Positions 40,760 through 56,984 of a DNA stretch of 64,000 nucleotides are shown one piece after another. Location of the stretch: NCBI RefSeq assembly GCF_009914755.1, contig NC_060933.1; one strand, 5' to 3'. A program made the position numbers and the translations under genes. Under the pieces are notes generated by a model. It made no database searches. It was not told the DNA's origin and was given only the letters and a program-made list of their open reading frames with translations. This DNA comes from the human T2T-CHM13v2.0 reference genome, Homo sapiens. Position 1 is the first letter of the stretch. Each line of letters begins with the position of its first letter.

Positions 40760-43700
40760 AATGGCAGGAGTAAGTCACCACTTATCTGTCACTCAATAAT
40801 AACATCGAATGTAAAGAAACCAAACTCTCCAATCAAAAAAGATAGATTGGCTGAATGGATTAAAAAAAACAAGGCCCAGTGATCTGTTGCCTATAAGAAA
40901 CTCTTCACTCGCCAGGTGCGGTGGCTCACACCTGCAATCCCAGCACTTTGGAAGGCCGAGGCAGGTGGATCAGATCACAAGATCAGGAGTTCAAGACCAG
41001 CCTGGCCAACGTGGCAAAACCCCAGCTCTACTAAAAATACAGAAAAATTAGCCGGGCATGGTGGCACATGCCTGTAATCCCAGCTACTCGGGAGGTTGAA
41101 GCAGAGAATTGCTTGAACCTAGGAGGTGGAGGTTGCAGTGAGCCAAGATTGTGCCACTGCACTCCAGCCTGGGCAACAGAGTGAGACTCTGTCAAAAAAA
41201 CACACACAAAAACAAACAAACAAAAAAACACTTCACTGATAAATATGCACATAGATTGAAAATAAAGAAATGGAAAAGGATATTCCATTCCAATGGAAAC
41301 CTAAAAAGAGCAGGAGTAGCTATACTTATATCAGACAAAATAGATTTCAAGACAGAAACTGTAAAAAGAGATAAAGAAGGTAATTACATACTGATCCATT
41401 AGTCAATTCGGCATAAGGATACAACAATTTTAAATATATATGCATCCAACACTGCAGCACCCAGATATATCAAGCAAATATTATTAGAACTAAAGAGAGA
41501 GAGAGAGAGAGATCCCAATAGGGAATAGATGGAGATTTCAACACCCCACTTTAAACATTGGAAATATTTACCAGGCAGAAAATCAACGACAACAACAACA
41601 ACAAAAAATGGGACTTAATCTGCATTATAGACCAAATGAACCTAATAGATATATACAGAACATTTCATCCAACAGCTGCAGAATACACATTTTCCTCACC
41701 ACATAGATCATTCTCAAGAATAGACCATATGTTAGGTCACAAAAAGAGTTTTAAAACATTCAAAAAAGTTCAGGAAATTTCAGGCATCATCTCTGACCAC
41801 AGCGGAATAAAACTAGAAATCAACAAGAAGCAGAACTTTGGAAACTATATAAACACATGGAAATTAAACAATGTGCTCCTGAATGACAGTGGGTCAATAA
41901 AGAAATTAAAAAGGAAATTGGAATTTTTTTCAAAACAAATGATAATGGAAACACAACATGCCAAAACCTATGTGATATGGCAAAAACAGTACTAAGAGGA
42001 AAATCTGTAGCTATAAATGCCTACATAAAATAGAAGAAAAACTTCAAGTAGGTAACTTAATGATGCATCTTAAAGAACTAGAAAATCAAGAGCAAACCAA
42101 ATCCAAAATTAGTAGAAGAAATACTAAAAATAAGAACAGAAATAAATAAATTTGAAATGAAAATAAATAACAGATAAATGAAACAAATAGTTGTGATTTT
42201 TTTGAAAAGATGAACAAAATTAACAAACCTTTAGCCAGACTAGCTAAGAAAAAAAGAGAGGAGACCCAAATAATTAAAACCAGATATGAAAAAAGGAGTA
42301 ATTACAATGGATGCCACAGAAATTCAAAGGATCATTAGTGGCTAGCATGATCAACTAAATACCAATAAATGGGAAGATCTAGAATAAATAAAAAATTCAC
42401 AGACATCTACAACCAACCAAGATTGAATAATGAAGAAATGTATAACCTGAGCAGACCAATAACAAGTAATAAAATCAAATCTGTAATAAAAAGTCTCCTA
42501 GTAAAGAAAAACCCAGGACAAGATGGCTTCACTGCTGAATTCTACCAATCATTTCAAAAAGCAATACCAATACCACTCAGACTGTTCTGAAAAATAGAGG
42601 AAGAGAAGATACTTCCAAACTCATCTATGAGGTCATTATTGTCCTGATACCAAAACAAGACAAAGATACATCAAAAAAAGAAAACCACAGGCCAATAGCT
42701 CTGATGAATATTGATTCAAAAATACTCAACAAAATACTAGTAAACTAAATTCAACAATATATTAAAAATATCATTCATCATGACCAAGTAGGATTTACAA
42801 CAGGGCTGTAAGGATGGTTCAACATATGCAAATCAATCACTGTGAAACATCATACCAACAGAATGAAGGACAAAAACCATAGATCATTTCAAATGATGCT
42901 GAAAAGCATTTGATAAAGTTCAACACGCCTTCATAATAAAAACCCTCAACAGTTGGGTAGAGAAGGAACATACCTCAACATAATAAAATCTGCTTATGAC
43001 AAACCCATAGCTAGTATTATACAGAATATGAAAACACTAAAAGCTTTTCCTCATAGATCTGAAATACTACAAGATTGCTCACTTTCACCATTGTTATTCA
43101 ATATTGTACTGGAAGTCTTAGCTAGAGCAATTAGACAAGAGAAAGAAATAAAGGGCATCCAAATTGGAAAGGAAAATGTCAAATTATCCTTCTTTGCAGA
43201 TGATATGATCTTATACTTGGAAAAACCAAAAGATTCTACAAGAAAACTATTAGAACTGATAAACAAATTCAGTAAAGTTGCAGGATACAAAATCGTCATA
43301 TAAAAATTAGCAGCACTTCTGTATGCCAATAGTAAACAATGTGAAAAATAAATTAAAAAGTAATTCCATTTACAATAGCCACAAATAAAATAAAAAATCT
43401 AGGAATTAACCAAAGAAGTAAAAGATTTCTACAATAAAAACTATAAAACATTGATGAAAGAAATTGAAGAGGGCACCCCAAAGTGGAAAGATATTCCATG
43501 TTCATGAATTGGAAGAATTAATATTGTTAAAATATCCATACTACACAAAGCAATCTATAGATTCAACACAATCCCTATAAAAATACCAATGACATTCTTC
43601 ACAGAAATAGAAAAAACAATCCTAAAATTGATATGACATCACAAAAGACCCAGAATAGCCAAAGCCATCCTGAGTAAAAAGAAAAAACTGGATGCATCAC

Positions 43701-44330
43701 ATTACCTGACTTCAAATTATACTACAGAGCTATAGTAACCAAAACAGCATGGTACTGGCAAAAAAACAAACAAAAATATCCCGGACACATAGACCAATGG
43801 AACAGAGTAGAGAACCCAGAAATAAATCCACACACCTGCAGTAAACACATTTTTGACAAATGTGTCAAGAACATACATTAGTGAAAAGACAGTCTCTTCA
43901 ATAAATGGTGCTGGGAAAACTGGTTATCTATATGCAGAAGAATGAAACTTGATCCCCATCTCTTATCTTATGCAAAAATCAAAACAAAATAGATTAAAGA
44001 CTTAAATCTAAGGCCTTAAACTATGAAACTAGTAAAAGAAAACCTTGGGGGAAACTCCAGTAAATTGGTCTGGGCAAAAATTTCTTGAGTAATATCCCAC
44101 AAGCATAAGCAACGAAAGAAAACATGGACAAATGGGATCACATCAAGTTTAAAAAGCTGAAGTTTATAAAAACTTAAGTTTTAAGTTTAAAAAGCACAGT
44201 AAAGAAAAGAATCAAGAAAGTGAAGAGACAAATCACAGAATTGGAGAAAATATTTGCAAACTACCCATCCGACAAGGGATTAATAACCAGAATATATAAG
44301 GAGCTCAAACAACTCCATAAGAAAAAATCT
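40760..44330 (+). pseudogene. Disabled ORF2 (endonuclease/RT) of the L1MA2-like element
   Basis: ORF fragments DIYRTFHP…SRIDHMLG…SDH (41558-41995) and [14 protein letters not shown]…[10 protein letters not shown] (42953-43303); many frameshifts and stops. Confidence 0.9.
40910..41227 (+). mobile_element. AluS (Sg-like)
   Basis: Alu dimer with CA/CAAA-rich tail; TSD aaactcttcact / aaacacttcact. Confidence 0.92.
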
Positions 44331-44714
<384 letters not shown>

Positions 44715-46517
44715 TCAAAAAGATCCAAACAGTGTGCAAGTCCTGCAGTGGTAACCGAGGTATCAGGGTTCTGTCATTAGGACTGACTAGGCGGCAGGTA
44801 TGACCCACAGTGAGGAAGGAAGGGCAGTGTGGTGCAGCCGCCCACCTGAGAGCCACAGGGGGCAGGGGAGCCACCCTCAGCCAAGAGAGGTGCTCTGAGG
44901 AATCTGGACAGCCCAGATTAGTAGGTTTACCCCCAGTGTAGCACACCCCATCACCAAGGGACAGCCAAAGTGCCTTGTTAAATGGGTCCTGCTTCCTATG
45001 CCACTCAACTGAGTGAGATCCCCCAACAGGGGTTGTCAGACATCTTATATAGAAGTGTTCCTACTGTCATCAGGTCAGTACTCCTCAAGGCCAGAGATCC
45101 CAGAGGAAGAAGTAGGCACCCATCTTTGCTCTTCTCCAGCCTCCCTGAATAACATCTCCAGGCATGGAAGTAAATAGGGCATGAGGTAAACCCCCAGCAA
45201 ACTGCAGCAGCCCTACAGAAGAGGGACCTGACTACTGAAAGAAAAACAAACAGAAAGCCAACATAACAGCATCAACAAAAAAGTCCACACAAAATCTTCA
45301 TCCAAGGGTCAACAGCCTCAAAGATCAAAACTAGAAAAAATCATGAAGATGAGAAAAAAAAATCAATGAAAAAATGCTTGAAACCCAAAAGGCCAGAGTG
45401 CCTCTTCTCCTCCAAATAATTGCAGCACCTTTCCAACAGGGGCCAGAATTGGATGGAGGATGAGATGGACAAATTGACAAAAGTAGGCTTCAGAAGGTGG
45501 GTAATAACAAACTTCACTAAGGTAAAAGAGCATGTTCTAACCCAATGCAAAGAAGCTGAGAACCTTGACAAAATGTTAGAGGAGGTGGTAACTAGAAGAA
45601 CCAGTTCAGATAGAAACATAAATGACCAACGGAGCTGAAAAACATAGCATGAGAACTTCGTGAACCATACACAAGTATAAATAGCAGAATTGATCAAGTG
45701 GAAGAAAGAGTATCAGAGTTGGAAGACTATCTTGCTGAAATAAGGCAGGCAGACAAGATTAAAGAGAAAAAAAATAAAAAGGAAAAACAAAACCTCTGAG
45801 AAATATGGGCCTATGTAAAAAGACCAAACCAACGACTGATTGGAGTACCTGAAAGAGACAGGGTGAATGGATTCAAGTTGAAAAACACACTTCAGGATAT
45901 TATCCAGGAGAACTTCCCCAACCTAGCAAGACAGGCCAACATTCAAATTCGGGAAATACAGAGAACACCACTAAGATACTCCATGAGAAGATCAACCCCA
46001 AGACACATAATGATCAGATTCTCCAAGGTTGAAATGAGGAAAAAATGTTAAAGGCAGCCAGAGAGAAAGGCCAGGTCACCTACAAAGGGAAGCCCATCAG
46101 ATTAACAGCAGACCTCTCAGCAGAAACCCTACAAGCCAGAAGAGAGTAGGGGCCAATATTCGACATTCTTAAAGAAAAGAATTTTCAACCTGGAATTTCA
46201 TATCCAGCCAAACTAAGCTTCATAAGTGAAGGAGAAATAAAATCCTTTTCAGACAAGCAAATGCTGAGGGAATTCGTCATTACCAGGCCTGCCTTGCAAG
46301 AGTTCCTGAAGAAAGCACTAAGTATGGAAAGGAAAAACCAGTACTAGCCACTGCAAAACACAAGAAAATATAAACACCATTGACATCATGAAGAAACAGC
46401 ATCAACTAGTGTGCAAAATAACCAGCTAGCATCATGATAACAGAATCAAATTCACACATAACAATATTAACCTTAAATGTAAATGGTCTAAATGCCCCAG
46501 TTAAAAGACACGGACTA

Positions 46518-46823
46518 GGCTGGGTGTGGTAGCTCACGCCTGTAATCCTAGCACTTTGGGAGGCGAAGGTGGGCAGATTGCCTGAGTCAGGAGTTCAAAA
46601 CCAGCCTGGGCAACATGGTGAAACCCCATCTGTACTAAAAAATACAAAAAAATTAACCGGGTGTGGTGGTGGGTGCCTGTAGTCCCAGCTACTCAGGAGG
46701 CTGAGGCAGGATAATTGCTTGAACCTGGGAGGCAGAGGTTACAGTGAGCCAAGATCGTGCTACTGCCTTCCAGCCTGTGCGACGGAGAAAGACTCTCTCA
46801 AAAAATAAAAAAAGAAGAAGAAG
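46518..46823 (+). mobile_element. AluS (Sx-group)
   Basis: Alu dimer; TSD aagacacggact / aagacacagact. Confidence 0.92.
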
Positions 46824-49485
46824 AAGACACAGACTGGCAAATTGGATAAGGAGTCAAGGCCCATCAGTGTGCTGTATTCAGGATACCCATCTCACGTGCA
46901 AAGATACCATAGGCTCAAAATAAAGGGATGGAAGAATATTTACCAAGCAAATGGAAAGCAACAAACAAACAAACAAACAAACAAAAAAACAAAAAAAACG
47001 GGTTGGATTCCTAGTTCCTGATAAAACAGACTTTAAACCAAAAAAGATTAAAAGAAGAAGAAGAAGAAGAAGGGCGTTACATAATGGTAAAGAGAACAAT
47101 TCAACAAGAGGAGCTGACTATCCTAAATATATATGCACCCAATACAAGAGCACCCAGATTCATAAAACATGTTCTTAGAGACCTACAAAGATACTTAGAC
47201 TCCCACTCAATAATAGTGAGAGACTATAACACCCCACTGGCAATATTAGACAAATCCATGAGACAGAAAATTAACAAGGATATTCAGGACTTGAACTCTG
47301 CTCTGGATCAAATGGACCTAATAAATATCTATAGAACTCTCTACCCCAAAACAATAGAATATACATTCTTCTCAGAGCCACATGGGACTTATGCTAAAAT
47401 TGACCACATAATTGGAAGTAAAACACTCCTCAGCAAACGCATAAGAACAGAAATCATACAAACAGTCTCTTAGACCACAGTGCAATCAAATTAGAACTCA
47501 GAATTAAGAAACTCACTGAAAACCACACAATTACATGGAAATTGAACAACCTACTCCTGAATGATTCCTGGGTAAATAATGAAATTAAGGCAGAAATCAA
47601 GAAGTTCTTTGAAACCAATGAGAACAAACAGACAATGTACCAGAATCTCTGGAACACAGCTAAAGCAGTTTTAAGAGGGAAATTGATAGCACTAAATGCC
47701 CACATCAGAAAGCTAGAAAGATCTCAAATCGACAGAACTACAGATGCAAGAGCAAAGACATCAAAAAGCTAGCAGAAGACAAGAAATAATTAAGATCAGA
47801 GTGGAACTGAAGGAGACAGAGAAACAAAAAACCCTTCAAAAAATTAGTGAATCCAGGAGCTGGTTTATTGAAAAAAATTAATAAAATAGACTGCTAGCTA
47901 AACTAATAAAGAAGAAAAGAGAGAAGATTCAAATCAACACAATAAAAAATGAATAAGGGGATATCATCACTGACCTCACAGAAATACAAACTACCATCAG
48001 AGAATACTATAAACAACCCTACACAAATAACTAGAAAATCTAAAAGAAATGGATGAATTCCTGGACACATACACCCTCCCAAAACTAAACCAGGAAGAAG
48101 TCGAATCCTTGCATAGACCAATAACAAGTCCTGAAATTGAGGCAGTAATAGTATGCCAACCAAAAAAAAAAAAAAGCCCAGGACCACATGGATTCACAGC
48201 CAAATTCTACCAGAGGTACAAAGAGGAACTGGTACCATTCCTTCAGAAATTATTCGAAATAATTGAAAAGTAAGGACTCCTCCCTAACTTATTTTATGAG
48301 GCCAGCATCATTCTGATACCAACACCTGGCAGAGACACAACAAAAAAAGAAAAGTTCAGGCCAACATTCCTGATCACCATAGATGTAAAAATCCTTAATC
48401 AAATACTGGCAAACCAAATCCAGCACCACATCAAAAAGTTTATCCACCACTATCGAGTCAGCCTCATCACTGGGATGCAAGACTGGTTCAACATAAGTGA
48501 ATCAATAAACGTAATCCATCACACAAACTGAACCAATGATAAAAACCACATGATCGTCTCAATAAACGCAGAAAAGGCCTTCAATAAAATTCGACATACC
48601 TTCAGGTTAAAAACTCTCAATAAACTAGGTATTGATGGAACATATCTCAAAATAATAAGTGCTATTTATAACAAACCCACAACTGATATACTAAATGGGC
48701 TAAAGCTGGAAGCGTTCCCTTTGAAAACTGGCACAAGGTAAGGATGTCCTCTCTCACCACTCCTATTCAACATAGTATTGGAAGTTCCAGCCAGGGCAAT
48801 CAGGCAAGAGAAATAAAAAAAGGTTTTCAATTAGGAAGAGACAAAGTCAAACTGTCTCTGTTTGCAGATGACGTGATCCTACACCTAGAGAACCCCATCA
48901 TCTCAGCCCATAAGCTGATAAGCAATGTCAGCAAAGTCTCAGGATACAAAATCAATGTGCAAAAATCACAAGAATTCCTATACAACAACAATAGACAAGC
49001 AGAGAGCCAAATCATCAATGAACTCCCATTCACAATTGCTACAAAGAGAATAAAATACCTAGGAATATAGCTAAGAAGGGATGTGGAGAAACTCTTCAAG
49101 GAGAACTACAAACCACTGCTCAAGGCAATAAGACAGGACACAAGCAAATGGAAAAACATTGTATCCTCATGGATAGGAAGAATCAACATAATGAAATGGC
49201 CATACTGCTCAAAATAATTTATAGATTGAATGCTATTCTCATCAAACTACCATTAACATTCTTCACAGAATTAGAAAAAAAAACTACTTTAAATTTCATG
49301 TGGAATCAAAGTAGAACCCATATAGCCAAGACAACCCTAAACAAAAAGAACAAAGCTGGAGGCATCATGCTACCTGACTTCAAACTATACCACAAGGCTA
49401 CAGTAACCAAAACACTATGGTACTGGTACCAAAACAGACACATAGACAACTGGAACAGAATAGAGACCTCAGAAATAAGACCACA

Positions 49486-49821
<336 letters not shown>

Positions 49822-52800
49822 CTAACAAAAACAAGGAATAGGGAAAGTATTCCCTATTTAATAATAGGTGCTGGGAAAACTGGCTAGCCGTATGCAGAAA
49901 ATTGACACTGGACCCCTTCCTTACACCTTATAGAAAAATTAACTCAAGATGGATTAAAGACTTAAATATAAAACCCAAAACCATAAAAGCCTTAGAAGAA
50001 AACCTAGGCAATACCATTCAGGACATAGGCATGGGAAAAGCTTGTATGATGACATCTCCAGAAGCAACTGTAACAAAAGCTAAAATTGGCAAATGGGTTC
50101 TAATTAAACTAAAGAGCTTCTGCACAGCAAAAGAAACTATCGTTAGATTGAACAGGCATCCTACAGAGTGGGAGAATATTTTTGCAATCTACCCTTTTGA
50201 CAAAGGTCTAATATACAGAATTTACAAGAAACTAAAACAAATTTACAAGAAAAAACAAACAAACAACCCTTTTTCAAAGTGGGCAAAGGATATGAACAGA
50301 CACTTCTTTAAAGAAGAAATTTAGGTAGCCAACATGAAAAAAAGCTCAACATCACTGATCATTAGAGAAATGCAAATCAAAACCACAATGGAATACCATC
50401 TCACGCCAGTCAGAATGGCAATTATTAAAAAATCACAACAATTAATGATGGCAAGGCTGTGGAGAAATAGCAACAGGTTTTACATTGCTGGTGGGAATGT
50501 TAATTAGTTCAACCATTGTGGATGACAGTGTGGCGATTCCTCAAGGATCTAGAACCAGAAATGCCATTGGATCCAGCAATCCCATTACTGGGTATATACC
50601 CAAAGGAATATAAATCATTCTATTATAAAGATATATGCATAGTATGTTTATTGTAGCACTATTCACAACAGCAAAGAGATGGAACCAACCCAAATGTCCA
50701 TCAATGATAGACTGGATAAAGAAAATGTGGTACATATAAACCATGGAATATTATGCAGCCACAAAAAGGAATGAGATCATGTGTTTTGCAGAGACATGGA
50801 TGAAGCTGGAAGTCATCATACTCAGCAAACTAACACAGGAACAGAAAACCAAACACTGTATGTTCTCACTCTTAGGTGGGAGTTGAACAATGAGAACACA
50901 TGGACACAGGGAGGGGAACAACGCACACTGGGGCCTGTAGGGAAGGGACAAAGTGGGGGAGAGCATCAAGACAAATAGCTAATGCATGCAGGTTTAAAAC
51001 CTAGGTGATGGGTTGATAGGTGTAACAAAGTACCATGGCACTCATATACCTTTGTAACACGCCTGCATGATCTGCACATGTATCCCAGAACTTAAAGTTT
51101 AAAAAAAAAATTGAATATCCAATTACAAAATGGGCAAAAGATTTGAATGGAAATTTCTCAAAAGAAGACATACAAATGGCAAACATGCATTTGAAAATGT
51201 GCCAACATCATGGATCATCAGATAAATGCAAATCAAAACTATAATAAAATATCATCTCACCCCAGTTAAAATGGCTTTTATCCAAAAGTCAGGAGCTAAC
51301 AAATGCCAGAGAGGATGTGGAAAAAAGGCAACCCTCATACACTGTTGGTTGGAATGTAAATTGGTACAACCACTATGGTGAACAGTTTGAGGTTTTTCAA
51401 AAACTGAAAACAGAGCTACAATAAAATCCAGCAATCTCACTTTCGGGTATGTATCTAAAAGAAAGGAAATCAGTATATCAAAGGGATATTTGCCCTCCTA
51501 TGTTTATCACAGCACTGTTCACAATAGTTAAGATTTGGAAGCAACCTAAGTGTTCATTAACAGATGAAAGGATGGAGGAAATGTGGTACCTCTGCACAGT
51601 GAAGTACTATTCACCATAAAAAAGAATGAGAGTCTGTCATTTGCAACAACAGGGATGGAACTGGAAGTCATTATGTTAAGTGATATAAGCCAGACACAGA
51701 AAGAGAAACTATGCATGTTTTTACTCATTTGTGAGATCTAAAAATCTGAAGAATTAAACTCATGGACATAGAGAAGAGAGAAACAGTGGTCACCAGTGGT
51801 TGGAATGGGTCATAGGGTGTACAGGGAAGGATATGCAGATTGTTGACGGGCACAAAACAAAATTAGAAAGAATGAATAAGACCTAGTATTTGGTAGCACA
51901 TCAGGGGGACTGTAGTCAATAATAATCTAATTATGCATCTTAAAATAACTAAGAGTATAATTGGATTGTTTGTAACACAAAAGATAAATGCTTGAGGGAA
52001 TGAATACCCAATTTTCCGTGATGTGATTATTATGCATTGCATGCCTGTACCACAGTATCTCATGTACCCCATAAATATATACAACTACTATGTATCCAGA
52101 AAAAATAAAATTGTTTTCTAAAGTTTCTATGTTGATTCAAGGTAGATTTCTCATTTATAGAAAAGTTAACTTGCTAGTGTTGAGAAACAGTAATGCCTAT
52201 AAAGAAACTAGAATTAGACATCAGGCCTTAACCAAGTTTGGAATCCCACACCAAGAGAGAGTTATTATTAATCTAAGTCATTCATGTCATTAATCTAAGC
52301 CATCTATGACAGGAACAGTGCTTTTCTAGGGCTTCTACAGATTATGCTCTCATGTAGAACAACACTTACTAACTCCTTCACCATGCATACACAGAAATGT
52401 GTAGAGTCCTATATTTACTTACATGATTTGTGGGGAAATGTGGTTTCTTTTTTTTAGAAAAAAATAAGAAGCGAAGTATTATTTTACCTTGGGAACTGTA
52501 TTTTCAACATGCAACATTCAATATATATTCCTAAATTTATTTTGGATCATGAGGCTGTTTTAACCATGAGAAAATCTTAAGTTTTACCTAAAACTCTCTA
52601 CAGTAATTAAACCTAGAAATGTTTATTTCTGCTGATGAAAATATATTTTTATGCTGAAAAGAAGTTTGATATATTTGATATGCTCAGACCAGTAATTGAG
52701 TTTGGATCAGCATATTAATCTTTATTATTCAAGTTTCTAGAATAACTGCAGCTAGAAATGTGTTTAATGTGCTTATGGTAAGTGATTGGCAACAAGAATT

Positions 52801-53574
52801 ATTGAAAACGTAGAATAAAAGTAGAAGAAAGAAAAGCATTGTACAATCATGCACTTTACAAAGAAGTTTCCTTAAATTAATGGGCCTTAAGAATTTTTTC
52901 TGGACTGAAGTAGGTTGATTGAGTAATCAAATTCCACAGACTAATGGAAATAATAAACCTCCTAAAGCCCAACCTTGCAAAAAAAACCCACTTGAGTTTT
53001 ATTGGAGAAAATTTTATAGCAATGCTTAATGAGACGGCAAGCATGCATGAATAATTATTTTTACTTACTGTTCTCATTAAAGGAAACAATGAGTTATCAT
53101 TCTTTTAGTCAGAAGTAAAAATTCTTCCCCTATCATTACCATTAACTTGACTTATTTTGTATTTTTTAAAACTCCATTTAAATTCTTCCTTGAAGTGATA
53201 GAAGAAATAGACAATTTTAATCAGAGAAAGGGGAACCATTTTTCCTTTGGTCAAACAATTATCTTAAGTTTTCAACAAAAGTGTTGCAAATATTCAGATA
53301 GAAGGGGCAGCGTTTGGGTACCACAATTATTATCCTTCACTCTGGTACTCATTCTCAGACATGAAAAACCTGTTTATAAAGGCAAGAAAATGTTTTATTA
53401 CTGACACCAAAAGGACTGAAAATTATCAAAAAGTGAATAAAACAGTCCCTGTCCTCATGGGTCTTAACAATGAGTGGTTAAGAAGGAAAGGGATTGGATT
53501 TCTGGATGTTAGTCACATCCTTCTGAGCTCCTGCAACATAAGTGACTTATGCCACTATTTTCAAAATATGCACA

Positions 53575-54371
53575 GAGAGACTTCTGCTTCCAGGAAGATA
53601 AAGTGGATGTAGCTTTCCTTATTTCTGCCAAGTACAGTTACAAATACTATACAGTGTTTACAAAAGAAACATACGAAGTCTTTCAAAGTTGAAGAACAGG
53701 CTGACTGGCTAGAGAATTTAGCACAGTGGTGAGTTTCCTTGGTTTTCTTTTTGCCTCAGATATCCCAGACTTGGAGCTTAAGAAGCAGGCAATACAGGAC
53801 ATCAACAGGTGCAGACAAAGAAGCCCGAACAAGTCAGCCTTTTCTAGTGAAAGGACCAGGAAAGGGGCAGTTTTGCAGGACAGAAAACTTTTAGACTTTA
53901 ATAACTCTGCTCCAGCTAAACACCACAGAAATATCTGTGTCCCCATCCCCGCTCATGATGGCTGAATGGGCAGGGAAGACTTCTACCTTCCAGAGGCTAT
54001 AACAAAGCACCCTAACCCCTCACCAGAGCTACGCTATAGAAGAGAAGACAAAGCAGGATCTGGACTTTTTATCCCATGCCAGCCACAGGGACAGCTTGCA
54101 CTTATGCCCTATCTGGCAGTAATACGGCACGCTTCCCACTCCCTATTCAGGGGTTGCCAGAGGAGGACTAGTGGACAGAGAGGACTTTCACAGCTACCCA
54201 GTGATAATGAGGCCACTTCCACCTTGGTGTGGATCTCCGTCAGTTGGGGACCTGCAAATCCTCCCACCCCAGCAGTCACAAGACGCCCTCACCATCAGGT
54301 GTCAACATAGGCTAAGTTGGGGAACCTGTTCTTCGCCTCCACCTGGCAATCACAAGGTGTTCTCCCCTTTC
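53575..54371 (+). mobile_element. Old L1M (L1MB/MC-type) 5'UTR fragment
   Basis: Begins gagagacttctgcttccaggaagat, typical of old L1M 5' ends; an L1 ORF2 start follows the adjacent LTR at 55064-55230. Confidence 0.55.
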
Positions 54372-55063
54372 TGTAAGGGTACATTCAAATTTTAAAAAGA
54401 AAAAAAAAATTAATTTTCCTTAATGTAAAATGGAAAAAGACTTTTCCTCCCCCTGCCCTTTGCTTAGAACATTTACTTTAGAAAACCTCTGTGAATTCTT
54501 TCTCTGCCCCTATGATGAATATAAATCTTTCTGAAAGCTAAATAGGCCTCAGGTCAGTTTTTAAACTCAGGAACCTTTTTTTCCCAAGAACCCAGAAGCT
54601 ATCTTTGAAATGTAATCATCAAAGAAGATAGTTCCCTTATCTCTCAGCTTCTAGAGAAGGGTAGGAACCTAACTTCCTCAGGGTAGTTGCAATATGCCTC
54701 CTTTTTGTAAAGATATGAGAAGTCTATTTTCCTTTGGATAAAGGCAATTAGTAAACGTAGACTGTCACTCTAATTATCAGGTAAATTTAAGATAAACTGT
54801 GTGACAAATTTCAAGTCCTCTTATTTGAGGATTAGTTGTCATTTATCCTGAAAACATGTATGTAATGGATCATACCTGCCTGATTATACAAAAGGGTAGA
54901 ATTTCTTTCTCTCTTTGCAATCTCTTTAGCAGATTGTCTGTGGTGGGCATCACATTCTGATTTAGTGCTTATTCAAAAATAGAACTGTTTTCTTTCTCTT
55001 CTGTCTTTGTGGAGAGGTTTTCTGAATTGGCAGAAAATTTTACTTTTAATTATATTTCCCCAA
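54372..55063 (+). mobile_element. ERV1 solo LTR, MER34-family-like
   Basis: TG start; gaaatgtaatcatcaaagaagatag; end tttgtggagaggttttctg…tttaattatatttccccaa. Confidence 0.65.
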
Positions 55064-55269
55064 GATTTCAAAGAAAAGCAAGAGTAGCTCTATTAATAAC
55101 AGGTAGAATTCAGAGTGAAAAAAAACTATTACATACAGGGAGGAATATTATGTGATAATTAAAGGGTCAATCCTTCAAGAAGACATAGCAATCCTACATA
55201 TGTATGTACCAAACAAAGCTGCAAATTGTATACCTGGAATTGTACTCTCTGGAGAAGTACATGAAAGAA

Positions 55270-55400
55270 TACTGGGCCAAGGGTTAGGAGATCTTGATTC
55301 TTACATGTTCTACCACTAAATAGCTATGTGACGTTGGCCAATTTGCTTAACTTCCTTGAGCCTCAGTTTCTCTATTTTCTATAAAATATGAAATATGAAG
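55270..55400 (+). mobile_element. MIR fragment
   Basis: ctaccactaaatagctatgtgacgttggcc…cttaactt…gagcctcagtttc. Confidence 0.7.
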
Positions 55401-55495
55401 ATCATGCAGTTTAATATGTTATAGATATTGATAATTTTCAGAAGAAGCACAAACATTTATAGTCACATTTCATAAAATATATTTTTATGTTATGA

Positions 55496-55853
<358 letters not shown>

Positions 55854-56984
55854 TGGTTGAGAGAATTTGGCACACATTATTTCTACTCTAAGCCAACATT
55901 TGTCTAACCTTGAGTCATGAGTCATATTGTAACATAAAATTCAGTTAAATGAGAGCAATCATATGAAAATATATAGTATATTTACTACATATAAGAATAG
56001 TATATATAGTACAAAATATATAATAGTATCAGAAAATATTACCCTATAAAGAACTTTAGAAATGATTTTCTTCAACTCTTACTTTATACCAATAAGGAAA
56101 TTAAGGACAGAGAGTTTGAGTTACACAGTGAGTAGTAATAGTACAAGATGTGGAAATCCAGGTCTTCTGGATTTAATTATGCCTATACAGTGGTTATCAA
56201 GCTCACAGCCAAATCATATTGTAGATTGGCCATTAATTTACAGAGTAACTTTAATGGACAGTCTCAATTTCTCTACACTTAAAAAATATAAACAAAGAAA
56301 ACTAGCATTTGGAGAATATAATAAAGGTTTTGTAAGCTATCTAAGTGCTAAAAGGTAAGCAACAAGTATTTTCAGAGCAGTTATCAAACCTAAACTTCCT
56401 CATGTTTCAATTTGCTAAAAAAAAAAAAATATTATTTTCTTCAATAAACAGGTGGGAAAGACAAGGCAGAGAAAAATTAATGGATGTTTTCAAGGCATTA
56501 TAGTACATATATTGATTTTCATGTGGTATTAGAACAGAAACACATTTCTTTTATTAGAGTACAGTTTCATTAAATCTTAAAAGTACACTGTAGGATATTG
56601 ACAGGTGCCCAATGGGAAAGTCCATCAACAAGCATTTATTGACCACTTAACTCTGCAGGGCAGTGTACTAAACACAATGAGACCTCACAAAAGAAATGGA
56701 AGGCATGACCCTTGACTTGTGGATGTTAAAAACAAAGGCTGCTGCATACCAATTATTTTAGAATTTATGATAATCTGTCATTTTAGATGAGTGAGAAAGC
56801 ATTCTTATTTCTTTCTCTCAATCCAGAGGTAAATATATTCCTAGGTATTCTCAGCAGTAAGCTAAATGATTCCTCTTGCATTGTATTTTTGTAACCATGT
56901 TTTAGTAGTTTCTGTCTGGAAATTAAATGCATGTTAAATGAAAAAAAGTCTTTTCTCAGATTTGAATGACGAGGTTAAGATGGT

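Noticed and set aside
53683-54395. GC-richer segment with several ORFs, resembling a promoter or exon
   Set aside because: Best explained as an old L1M 5'UTR; not a CpG island
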